Part shown: positions 25,475-37,140 of the stretch, piece after piece | How positions within the stretch are numbered: position 1 is the stretch's first letter | How the letters are laid out: every line of letters starts with the position of its first letter | Assembly (NCBI RefSeq): GCF_963921235.1 | Contig: NC_086097.1 | Coordinates: 206,338,001-206,402,000, forward strand | Length of the DNA: 64,000 bases | From: Mobula hypostoma | Lineage: Eukaryota | Direction: 5' to 3' | Notes under the pieces: model-generated | What the model was told of the DNA's origin: nothing | Seen by the model: only the letters and a program-made list of their open reading frames with translations | Database searches by the model: none | Position numbers and translations under genes: made by a program

Positions 25475-25800
25475 ATAGAAAACGATGGATGCATTCAGCA
25501 GGAAAGACAGAATCTGTGGAGCGAAGAACAATTAACACTTCTCTTTCCACGGATGCTGTTGATGTGCAGGGTGTTTCTAGGATTTTCTGGTTTTATTTCA
25601 GATTTCTAGCATCTGCAATTTAAGGCAAAACCACAATACTATTGATATCTGGCAGTGAGAACAATTAACATTTCAAATCCAAATTTTCCATGATCATAAA
25701 TTGAGAGGTCATCAGCCAGAACCATCAAATCTCCTTCTTTTCTCTGCTGATGCTGTTTGACTTGCGGAGTATTTTCAGCATTTTCTGTTTTGTTTTGTTA
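25475..25800. mobile_element. Old PLE terminal fragments, including an inverted pair
   Basis: gatgctg...ttttatttcagatttctagcatctgcaa terminal motif. Confidence 0.5.
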
Positions 25801-28800
25801 GAAATCATCATGGTTTGGCACTAACCTGGTAAAATACTGCAAGAAATGAAGGCACTCCCTTCTGTCACATCTTCCAATGGCTCATTCATCTGCACTTCTC
25901 TGGTTTTGGTTGTTACTACTGAGTGGCACTGTTACATCTTTCCCTGCTCTTAAAAATCAATACCTAAAACCACCTCAATCCTACTACCAGTATAGACCAT
26001 AACCTCTGTTGTTCACCTTCTAACCCCTGTGCTGCTTTCTTGAAAACTCCTGCAAGTGTCGTGATATTTGTGGTCTTGGCATCAGGTAGGCAAACTCTAA
26101 CTCTGAAGTCACACCTGTGCCACTGAAACATCTGTCCCTTCCCTTAACAATTAAAGTCATTGACGCATAGAGTCTGTACATAATTTCCCCATTTGAGTTG
26201 CTGTTAATGCAGAAAATGTAGTGAAGGCAGCCATTGTTGTGCATATACCTATCACCTATAGATTCACTTTGAAGGACTCTTTACAACTTATGTTTTCAGT
26301 ATTATTTTTTATTTGCAGTTTGTCTTGTTTTTGCACTTTAATTGTTTATAGCCTCAAAAGCCAGGATAAGCCAATAAATTTTTTCACCATCAGCCAGAGA
26401 TATGACTTCAATTAGTGGCAATAACTCTTTCTATGTGTACAATGTCTTTCATGTCACCTATAGGTGTCACTGAGTTGACATTTTATTAAACAACATTACT
26501 GACAATATTCCAAACCAGGTTCCTGTTATTGTGCATTAATTAATCCAGTAATGAATTCACTATTATTTCTGCATTAAAGATATCCCAAAGCAGATAGGTG
26601 ATTTTTTCCAGATATAAAAAAAAAGTGAGAAAGTATCTAATTTGGAAAAGCAGGCTTCACTGCTGAACAGCATTGGAATTGTGTTCATTAACATATTGGT
26701 TCAATCTCTTAAAATGACCCTGAGTTCTGCTGAATTTAATAACTAATTAATATGTACACATACTAAGAATGAATTGCATTCCCACAACCTCTTAAGCTTT
26801 CCTTTTTTGTGTGTCATTTCCAACCTGCTCTTCTTTAAGATCCCGGCCCAATGGAAACTCTCACCACAGCAATATTATTTAATTAAGCTGGTGTATATGC
26901 TGCACTTGAGGGCTTAAGAAGCTGTCTGATTTGTTCCCATTTATTTTCTGAGACGAAGTTTGCCATTCTTGAGTACCAGATAAATAATTATTCACATAAC
27001 TTATTCAAAATTCATAAATTCATGAATTTGTTTTCTAACTGTAGTGCATTGTCCAATCTCGCATATAGTAAAATTCGTCAACCCAGACTGGAAATTTTTA
27101 AAAAATCCAATTGCAAAGTTCAGTTCACCCCTAAATTTTTGAAACAGATGATATGCATACAGTATGTATGGAGACTGCTCAGCACTTGCTGTCATATTGC
27201 ACAATGTGCAAAGTTGGTTTTGAAGTCTCTAACACAAAGTTATAGCACAGATAAGATCACACATGATGTTGTCTTCATCCACAGAAATACATAATACTTG
27301 AAGGATCAAGTTATTTAACTGCCTGATCTTACTTGGTTACAGCTGGAGTTCACAAGGTATTGATTTTCTGTTTTATTTTCCAAGCTATGCAAAATTTCCC
27401 TGTCTCATTGATCAAAATAACTCAGCCTAGCTATTGTAAATTAAAACAAAATGATGAGAAAAAAGTATATAATTTATATGGTAGATTTTCTGTGAAGATT
27501 AACACTATCACATTACCAATATCTTCTACATGCACCCCACTCTGTCACCTTAACTGTCTTTGCCAATCCTACCATGGATTTACACAACCAACCCACTTCA
27601 AATCCCTCCCTTACCTTGTCTCTATAAGTGAATTTCCCTCCCCACACCATGCATCTCCCATGACCCGCTCCTCCTTCAGTCTTCCCTCTGTTATCTTGAA
27701 AGGCTTATTCTATCCACACATTACCTTGGACCTCATGTATGATAGGATATTGTTTCTGAGCCACACACTATTCTAAAGTGAAAACTTATTGCTCTTCTTC
27801 CATCTTCTTTCGGTCTAAAGTCAGCACTCCCTACTCAACAGTATTGTTGGTGCATCTTTACCAGAAGGACTGTGATGGTTCAAGGAGCTGGTTTATCACC
27901 TCAGGGCCTCCCCACTCCCCCAGCCCAGCCCCTCCCAAACTACGTAATTTACCTCTCCTCCAGCCACACTCCAATTGTCTTCCCAATCACACTATTGTCT
28001 GCTTGATCCAACCACCCCTAACCTAGACCCATATCTCATTGTCTCCATAATGAATTTCCCTCTCCACTCCCAGAATAGTTGCTGCTATCACCATCCTCGC
28101 TATTCTCTCCTTTTCTCAGTATCCCCTCTAAAATATTGCCTTACTAGAAATTCTTTCATCCTCAGTATGTCTTAAATCCCTCATTGTAGTTATCTTTATT
28201 TACATAGACATCTGCACTGCACCGAAGTTAAGACTGCAGGTACTTCGGCTTTTCATTGATGTATCAAAATCCTTTTATTCTTTTTTCCTATGAATTATCC
28301 TTAAGGTCAATAGCCAGAGGGAAGCCAAGAATTTAAGAAGAGTATAGGTCCATTCAGGTTTTCCTCATTGAGGAAAATTGTGTGGATAGTTCCTATTGAA
28401 GCCAACGCTTGTGGAGTTCATGGCTTCTGTGTTCCTTATCTTTGCAATGATGACACAGACAGTACTTAGACGCTGCACATAAGAAGATATTGCTGTTTTC
28501 ATGAGCCACTTTTCTGTCTCCCATTATTGCCCATACTAAATACTAATTTACCCCACCCTTTCCCTGCAGATGTTGAATATCTATTAATGGCAGTAGGTTG
28601 CAAGATGACTTAGTGGTTTCAGAAACAGTCCAATAGTTAAAAGCATATTTTTGAACTTCTATTCTCTGGTGGAAGCTTCTTGTGGAATACTTTAAAGTAG
28701 TAGAGAAAATAGCCCATCAACACTTACTGTCTAGTCTTTTGAGCAAGGTTAAGAAGTGTTCTGTGGAATCATACTCAGAGTAAATTTATCTACCTTCATA

Positions 28801-31800
28801 AGAGATTTTTCAAAAAATAGACACAAAGTTAATGAATTATTAATATCCTTTTATACAACAATGATAATATTTGAAATACTTTTCCAACTTGTCTTTTTCT
28901 GTTATCTAGGCTGTCCTTTAGGATCATTTTGCATGATCTTTACCTTGTTGCAGTCACTAAAGCCCTGAATTATTAAGGTTATGTAATGAATACAATAAGA
29001 ATATTTGGTTGTCATTTTTATTTGCTACCATACAAAAAAAAACTGTATAGTATTCAATACACGTGTCTGTCTTCTTGTGTAAGAAATAGCAATTACATGA
29101 AGAACCATCAATGTACAACCCTCACAAACATAAAAAATGTACATTTCATCAGGGCTGAGAAATGCAAATTTTACAATAAAGTCTAGTATTATTAATGCAG
29201 TTTGACACAAACAACAATTCAGTGCACATTACAAAACACATCAAGTATGAACCAGTTGGAAACAATAAATATTAATATTTATACTACACAGAAATACCTG
29301 AGCCAAGACATTGAACAGCACATTCAAATTAGCTTCAAGCAATTACAAATAATTGTCATGAATGAGTACACAAAAGTCTGGACAATTACAAAATAATTAT
29401 ATTTTATATATAAAGCTGAACTTAAAAGATTTCTTTAAAAGCAACGCTTTGCTTTAAGTTTCAGTATATTACCACAATATTATGTCTATAAAACTGTAAT
29501 ATTTTCATGTGTGGTAGCATTTTTTTCTTTGATTCTCACTCTCTTCAGCAAATACAGTATGACAGCAGTTACAATCTAATAGTAGGTATTTTGGGCTCTG
29601 TGCTTTTTAAACGGGGCTCTGTGCTAGTCTATTTTTTGGGGGAATTAAAAAAATGACAGACAAATCTCACCAAGACCCAACCTATCCAAATATTAAGGCA
29701 AGATCATAGGAAAACTATGTGTTATATTATATACATTATCCAACAAAAAACAATCCAATGCATGACACATCTTCCCATCATTTATAGATTTGCCTTAAAG
29801 CTCCATATGAATTGGGACTTTTTTGCTCCAAACTGTACTTTTTGTGAGTTGCTTTATTTTAATGGTCACAACAGGAATGACTTGAGTAACTTGAAAAGAT
29901 GTAATGGTGGTTACTTGCATGTTAGCACAAATACCAAAAGCGACAGCAAGCGGAAATGAGCAGGAAGTGGGAATGAACTACTCTGCATTGTAACGGCAGT
30001 GCTAATTACAAATCGCTTTCAAAATACAGTGAGCATTTTTAAACTTGTGTAACTGAAATTTAGAGGATTGGTAATTGATAAAAAAAAATTCCAAAAACAA
30101 CAGAATAAAACCTAATAGAATAAATAAGCAAAAAGTTTTAAGAACCAGCAAGAATTGTAGTGGTGAAAGCTCATGAAGGTATATTGATATATGTATCGCT
30201 GGAACAGGTTTTGTAGTTTACGTACTAGGCAAAGTTCCCCCTTTTAATAATCTATCCTACAAAGAATAAGTTTATGATAATTGGCTTCAAATCATATATT
30301 TGTTTCAATTCAGATGTGCTTGCTTTAATTACCTACCAATTAAAATTATGCCAAAAACATTTTGTTCATTGAAATATATTGAAAAGCATTGGCTAATTCC
30401 AGTTTTAGCTTCCATTCACATGGCCTTCTCTGGTTTTATTTGGATACAACCAGATTCACAAAATAAAGAACAATTAAGTGTTCTGTAATGCTGGATCACA
30501 ACTTATTGGGAAAAGCAAATGCACTTGCTTAAGAATTTGGAACTTACTAACTTACTGCGAATTGACTAGAAAAATATCCCAACACCTAATTAAATCCAGG
30601 TTCTTGCATGAGGCCAGAAAACAACTGTTCCCAAAGAAAACAGCCAGAATGAAACATAGGATAACAATTTATGAAATAGTAAGTCAGTGCTAGCCCTGCA
30701 ACACTTTATGTGCTAGAGTTATGGGTAGTTTTGCAACCAGCTCCCAAGCAGACTATGAATGTGAAGCAACATAAGGTTTTCTGTCTGGGGGAAAATAAGC
30801 CAAGCAGTAAGTGGCTGCAGTGAGCTCTTCCCAAATGTCACAAAGTGAAAAGCAATAGGGTGGGGAGAAGGAAAAGCAGTAAACTACAAGTGACTGGGAA
30901 TTGTATCCCCCAGCACATCATTTTATTTCTTCCACTGTACACATTAACAGGAAGAGGATTGTGTGACAAAAAGATTGGACAATTCAATTCCACTGTTAAA
31001 AAATAAATAAACTGGGCTCGATACTTCAGAAGACTGACTGAAAACATGTATCTAAAAGTAGAATCCTTTGCAGCTACTTCTGAGTCTATGAATCCATTCC
31101 ACCTCCAGCTGTCCTTGACTGGATTAGGATCTCTTGCTTTCACCATTTGCTTTCTCAGCTCACAGGATATCTAGGATCACTGCCAGCAGAGCTGAGGATT
31201 GAAAGGGGGGCCAAGGTGTTTTGCATGCTACCTGAGAAGGAAGAGCTGACCTGTATGAGAGCACACAGCTATTACTGGTAAAAACAAGCTGAGAGCCTAA
31301 ATGAAAACGGAGCACTAAACAGATCAAGGTAGAGCTACCAGTATCCTCCAAACTTTCTGCACCACTCTCAGGTAGAGGATTTATAAATAAGCTGAGAGTC
31401 CTGATGCCATTTTTATCTCTGTGCAAAAGACTTTGTGGATTAATTTGCTGTTGACAGGAAGACAAACCACAGTCTTGAGTATTTTGCAACTGAGTGAGCT
31501 TTGCAGTTTGTACAGAGCTCAGGTTTACATTGCTTACGTGTCAACGGTTAGTGTGTGACACGAACAATTTACCACAAAGGGCTATGTAAACTACTTTGCC
31601 AAAGTTTCTACTGATCTACTGATTAATCAGTTCCTGGAAATCGGGAGAATTCAGTCTGAATACAGGACCATGATATGTTGCTTCTTTAAAATTGTTGAAT
31701 TTTTTGGATCTTTTGCTGGGTAGAAATTGATCGAGGTCAATGTTTGACTCTATAACTACCTGTGGCATACTGTACATACCCAAGTATTGCTGAGTGTCCT

Positions 31801-33109
31801 GAAGTTCACTTGAAATTAGGACTGATGCCTTACTTACAACTAAGCCTCTGAGCCCCTTGTGGCTCATAAGGAAGAACGCTCATTTTAACAAGATCAGATT
31901 GTGGAAACATTTTCTGTTAGCAGTAACCCTTGTGTCATTCCCTGGGTGACAGAGGATAATTTGGAATCCATATGAAGACATTTGAGATAAACTACTGCCT
32001 TGAAACTGGCTCATTGTTAGATGTTATGCTCAATTTGGGTCAGCCCAATTTGGTTCCTATTATCAAAGGTTAGACCGCACATTTACACATGCAAAGTGGT
32101 TGACTTAGGAAACCACCTTGGGCTCCTCTGAAACCATCTCTTTGATGCTTCTTTAACTGTTAAACTGATGCAGCAAATTGCCCCCAGAAAAGGGCTTTCC
32201 CTCTTCAGTTTTCCACTCAATAAAGAAATACAACAAGAACGGATTTCTAACCTGTCCCTTTCTTATTTATCAAAATGTAACTTTGAATTAGTAGGCTGTA
32301 TTATATTTTAAAAGACCCCAAACCCAACCCCATCCTGTTATGAAAAATTACCTGCCGAATCTTTCATGCCCCATAGTGTATTATGAGTAATTTCACCACT
32401 TCTGGCACATAGAACTGGTGGTGAGTGCACACTGCATTACTGCTGCGTGAAACTAAATACATGAAGAAATGTTTTATCAAAGCTATTTTTATGGAAGTGG
32501 TCAATTTTTCAGTAACATTTTCTAACTGCAAATATATCATCAAGAACAGCTGGCAGGAAATAATTTGAGCTGTGAATTATTAAATTCAGCAGGCAAAACA
32601 GCCACAAAATTAATTATCCAGAAGCAATTTGGACAATCTGCCTGAATTCCCCCAGGTATAAAATACAAACAGCTCTGAACATGGAGAGGGAGCAGCAGAA
32701 AGAATGATTTTACTGCGACTGCTGAGTGTTGCCTTCATGGTAAAATGAACGTGCTAGATTGGACTTGTCACTCTGCTGAAAGGAACATCACTGGCAAATT
32801 TCCCAAGGGTAGGCTATATTACAGCTTTAAGGTAGGCTCTGAGTGAGATTCTTGTCTGTATGAGTACGGGCCACTCAGGGGGAAAAAAAAACATTTGAAA
32901 TCAGGATCAACAGAATGATTCCTATGGTTGATGAGGCAGGAAAAGGTAGCCTGAAGATTTTAGGTACAAATTTAGCAAACTGTGTTCTATAATGGAAACA
33001 AATATATTTTCTTGATCATGAAGTTATATGATTACTATTAAGACTCATGTAACAGCTTCCTGCTTGAGTTCCCTTTTTGCATTTTCTTGGGATATTTGCA
33101 TTAATACAA

Positions 33110-33690
33110 CAGCATGAGATTATGGTGCAACTGATTAGGCCTCAGCTTGAGGTGGTGAGTGCAGTTCTAGTAGCCACACTATAGGAAGGAAGTGATAAGT
33201 GTGGAGAAAGTATTGAGGAGATTCACTAGGATTTTACCTGAGATGGAGATTTCAGATATGAGGAGAGACTGGATTGGATGGAGTTTGTTTTATTTGGAGT
33301 GGAAAAGGTTAACGGAGGACCTGATAGCAGAATACAAAATTATGAGGGGCACAGGCTGGGTGGGTAATAGGAAACATATTCCCTCAGTAAAGTTGTTTTT
33401 ACTAAGGGGCATAAGGATTACGGCGGTTCAGACAGGATCTGAAGAGGAATTTTTTTGCCAAGCAAGTGGTTGAAATTTGAAGCACGCCTCCTCAGGAGTA
33501 GTGGAGGCAGGTACTCTCACAACATTTAATTAATATCCAGATAAGCACTCGAATATCGAAACCACTGAAAGCTACAAACCATGTGCTAGTAAATGAGATA
33601 AGCATAAATGGTTATCTGATAGAAAGCATGCACATGTTAATCCAAAGGGCCTGTTTGCTTGCTGAATGACTATGTCTCTATGATATGTGG
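33110..33690 (+). mobile_element. Degenerate CR1 3' fragment
   Basis: EKVLRRFTRILPE...KRLTEDLIAEYKIMRG. Confidence 0.75.
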
Positions 33691-33974
33691 TATTAATTAC
33701 AGAACATGATTAAGATGGAATTCACAAGTGTTCTATGAATCCCTTTAATTTCCTGCAGCATACGCTTCCCTTCCAATACTGACAACCACTTAAAGAGACT
33801 GTTGTGAAATTGCTCTGCCCACAAATTATTGTGCTTCTGCTATTTGATAACTTGACCTTTCCACATAACAGCAGTACAGATACAAACATAAGATGGATAC
33901 ATAAATATCCATCAGAATTGCAGATTGCTATGTGTTCACCAGAATTCATAAGAATGCAGGGATGAGCTCTTTGA

Positions 33975-34348
33975 AATCCATTGAATGTTGAAAAGACTCC
34001 ATAGAGTGGATGTGGAGAAGATGTTTCCAATGGTGGGGCATCTAGGACCAGAGGACACAGCCTCAGAATAGAGGGGCATCCTTTTAGGATGGATATGAGG
34101 ACGAACTCCATTAGCCAGAGAGTGGTGAATCTGTGGAATTCATTGCCACAGGCAGCTGTGGAAACCAACTCATTGGCTATATTTAAGGCAAAAGTTGATA
34201 GATTCTTGATTGGTCAGGGCGTGAAGGGATGTAGGGAGAAGGCGGAAGACTGGGGCTGAGACAGAAGTCAGATCGCCATGGTGAAATAGTAGACAGAGCA
34301 GAATGTATAAGCCAAAAGGACAAATTCTGCTCCTATATCTTATGGTGT
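33975..34348 (+). mobile_element. CR1 3' fragment
   Basis: SRTRGHSLRI...QRVVNLWNSLPQ; ctcctatatcttatgg tail. Confidence 0.8.
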
Positions 34349-35579
34349 GATAAAATGTGCACCATCTTGCTGATTAAGTATTATTGTATTTCTTAATGCA
34401 ATGTTTTCAATAATTTTGTATGATTATTATTTACGAGAAAATCATAATAGCTCTCATATCTATGAACTTATTTCTTTCATATTCTTTATCCATGGATGGA
34501 CTTCGTATCTATGTATCTACATTAATAGAAGTTTCCTACTCTAAGGGGAGAGTTTACAGTTGCCTATAACTTTAATTCTTCATCCCACCCTTACTCTGAT
34601 TTCTCTATGTTCCAATGTGGCCTAAAGTAAAACTGAGGAACCCACTTCATCTTTTGTCTGGGTGAATTCTGTCACAAATTTTACATATCTCTTTGTTTGT
34701 TTTCCCTCTTTGATTACCCTCAATAATCCATCAATGGGTTGGTTCATAAACAGCCTTTCACCATGCCAACCCTCGTTTCACCCCATCAGAAATACTCCTT
34801 TGTGCTATGCAAACTCCTCATTCTCCCTGCAACTTAAAAACAACATTTTTTTTTCTTTTCTGGTTTGAACAAAGTGACTTCAACCGTAAATTTTAATTTT
34901 GGTTCTATTTCAAAGGAGGCTACCTGACCTGCTGAGTATTTCCAGCACTTCCTATTTTCATTTCAGATTTCCAGCATCTGTAGATTTTTTGATTTTCGAG
35001 TTTCGGTGGAGATTTCTCAGGATGGTTGCACAGAAAATGTTTCTGCTCGTAGGGTATTTAGAATTACAGGTCATTGTTTAAGAATAAGGAAATATCCATT
35101 TAAAACACAGGTGAGGAAGAATGTCTTCTTACAGAAGGTTGTGAATCTTTGGAATTCTCAACCCAAAGGGCAAAGAGAGAGGATGATTTAATATTGTAAA
35201 GGTAAAGACTGACAGTGTTTGAACTATTTAAGAATTAAAGGGTGTGGAGAGAGTGTCACACCGAGGAGCTGGTTGGTCTGCTCCTCTATTCTTATGCTAA
35301 TCGTTCCCAGTGTGCTGACAGCATTTTACAAACTACTTTTGGTGTTCCTCTGCATTCCAATCATTACCATCCATTGACAGAAATTTATCAAATCCTAAAG
35401 AGGGGTTTTAGTGAGGAAGCCAATCTAATGAAGTAGGTCAGAGCCTTCCCCAGGGGCAGCAAAGGGGAAGTTTGATTTTTGTGCATCCGTTGAAAGTTTG
35501 AGACCACTACTAACCCATCCAATTAACCATAAAACTTACTTATATTTCTCACTCTTCTATGTTCTGTATTCTCAAAAAA

Positions 35580-36215
35580 TTTGAATCCATTAGAATCAAC
35601 AAAATTAGTATATTTTTTCATAAAGGGAGAAACCTTTGGGCCACAATCAGTTTAGACTACTGCAAGGGATGAGAACAAGCAAATTGTGCTCATTTGTTTC
35701 TGCTTTGCAGCCATGTAGATGTGACAATTCTCTCACTATATAGTACTGAGAAATTATTGTAAAGTGAAATACTCATTTTGTAGTTTTGCTTCTTTTCATG
35801 AATTTTATAGAGCTCATTCATAGTTTTGAACACCAATTAAAAGATTAGCAATTTTGGAATGGAGCATTTTTAAAAGTGTGGTTCCGACTGACTGATTTTT
35901 ATTCTCTTTAACTAATTTGTCATGCACACAACCATCTGAAATAAATAGCATAACCACGACATTTTGATTTGAATCCATAAAATCGACAAAATTAGTATTT
36001 TTTCATAAATTGAGAAATCCATAGGCCATAGTCCTTTTAGTCTGTACGGTAAAAAATGTGAATAGAAAATTGTGCTGCTTGGTGTTTGCTTTGCAATCAC
36101 ATCAATGTGACAATTTCTCCCACTATATATTGCTGAGAAATTGTTAAGAATTGTAAGAATATACATTTCGTTTTGACATCCAAGTAAAAAAACATCGTTT
36201 AGCCAATTTTGTTGA
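35580..36215. repeat. Ancient tandem duplication, period about 388 bp
   Basis: tttgaatccat..aatc.acaaaattagta...atgtgacaatt...cactatata..ctgagaaatt occurs starting at about 35580 and about 35968. Confidence 0.75.
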
Positions 36216-36765
36216 AAGAGTTGTCACAATGTTAATGCAAAGTAACAAGCAATGGCATTTCAACATTTTTTTTAATTTTCAAAACGCTAATCCCAAAAGT
36301 AGGGTTAAAAAAAAGAACTAAAGTTTTGATGTTTAAACAAGGAGTGCATTGGCCCTTCAGTTCCTGGTGCTTGTTCCATTAGCACACCTTTTAACTTCAC
36401 ACGGCCCCATGTAAGATTTTTGTTACCTCCAACTGACATGTCATGAATATGTACTCTAATCCCAATTTATGTCCAGAAAATCATAAAAATCTATTTTTAA
36501 TTTCAGATACTTTAAATTTTTCAGTTTTCTAAAATGAAAAATATAGTGCCAACAGTACTGTTCAATATGGTTAATAAGTGCCTTTCTCTAAAAAGTAATC
36601 TATTTGTTTTAACCATGCTTATATATTCTGTCGTGAAGTGTTGTTAGCTAACTTTAGAAGGAAACTCTGAAATATATTGTGGCACATATTTTATTCTCTA
36701 TTTTCACTTTTTTGTGCTTATATAGTGCAGTCTTCTAAACTTAATGTGAATCTAAACTGATGCAA

Positions 36766-36894
36766 GCTCACGCGAGGAAGCTTGCAAGGTGCGAAGACAT
36801 GGTGGCGGACTGTAGATGGTAGGGCTGGCAGACGTGGAACTTCCCTGTCGAAGTGGGGGCAAGAGGATTTCCCACCATGTCATGCTGGAAGATG
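36766..36894 (+). repeat. 129-bp terminal direct repeat, copy 1 (RLE coding sequence)
   Basis: Gapless manual alignment with 40429-40557 gives 14 mismatches. Confidence 0.95.
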
Positions 36895-37042
36895 ATGGCA
36901 GCTTTAGGGATAAAAGGGAGGACCAGGAAGCCAGCCGTTAACACCATGGGCCAAGCAGCAGAGAGAGCGTCCAGTTGGCTTTGGCTGCAAAAGGACGACA
37001 GTAGCTGGTTGTCTGACCATCGGGGGTAGAAGACTGATCATC

Positions 37043-37140
37043 TTCTGCTGTCCCAACATCCCGAGGATATCCCGGGTTAGGGGATGAAACGTCTGAAGAC
37101 AGATGGACCCGGCTGATGGTTCGACGGTCCAGCAGCAGAA
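37043..37140 (+). ncRNA. Candidate rearranged (non-circularly permuted) hammerhead ribozyme, degenerate
   Basis: gatATC^ccgggtt ... ggatGAAAcgtc ... gacccggCTGATGgttc, enclosed by a ttctgctg/cagcagaa helix. Confidence 0.55.

Noticed and set aside
30838..31867. Three minus-strand ORFs of 83-109 aa as a possible second gene
   Set aside because: No recognisable domain and no consistent splice structure. No match to PCMTD1, the neighbour I would expect from mammalian synteny.
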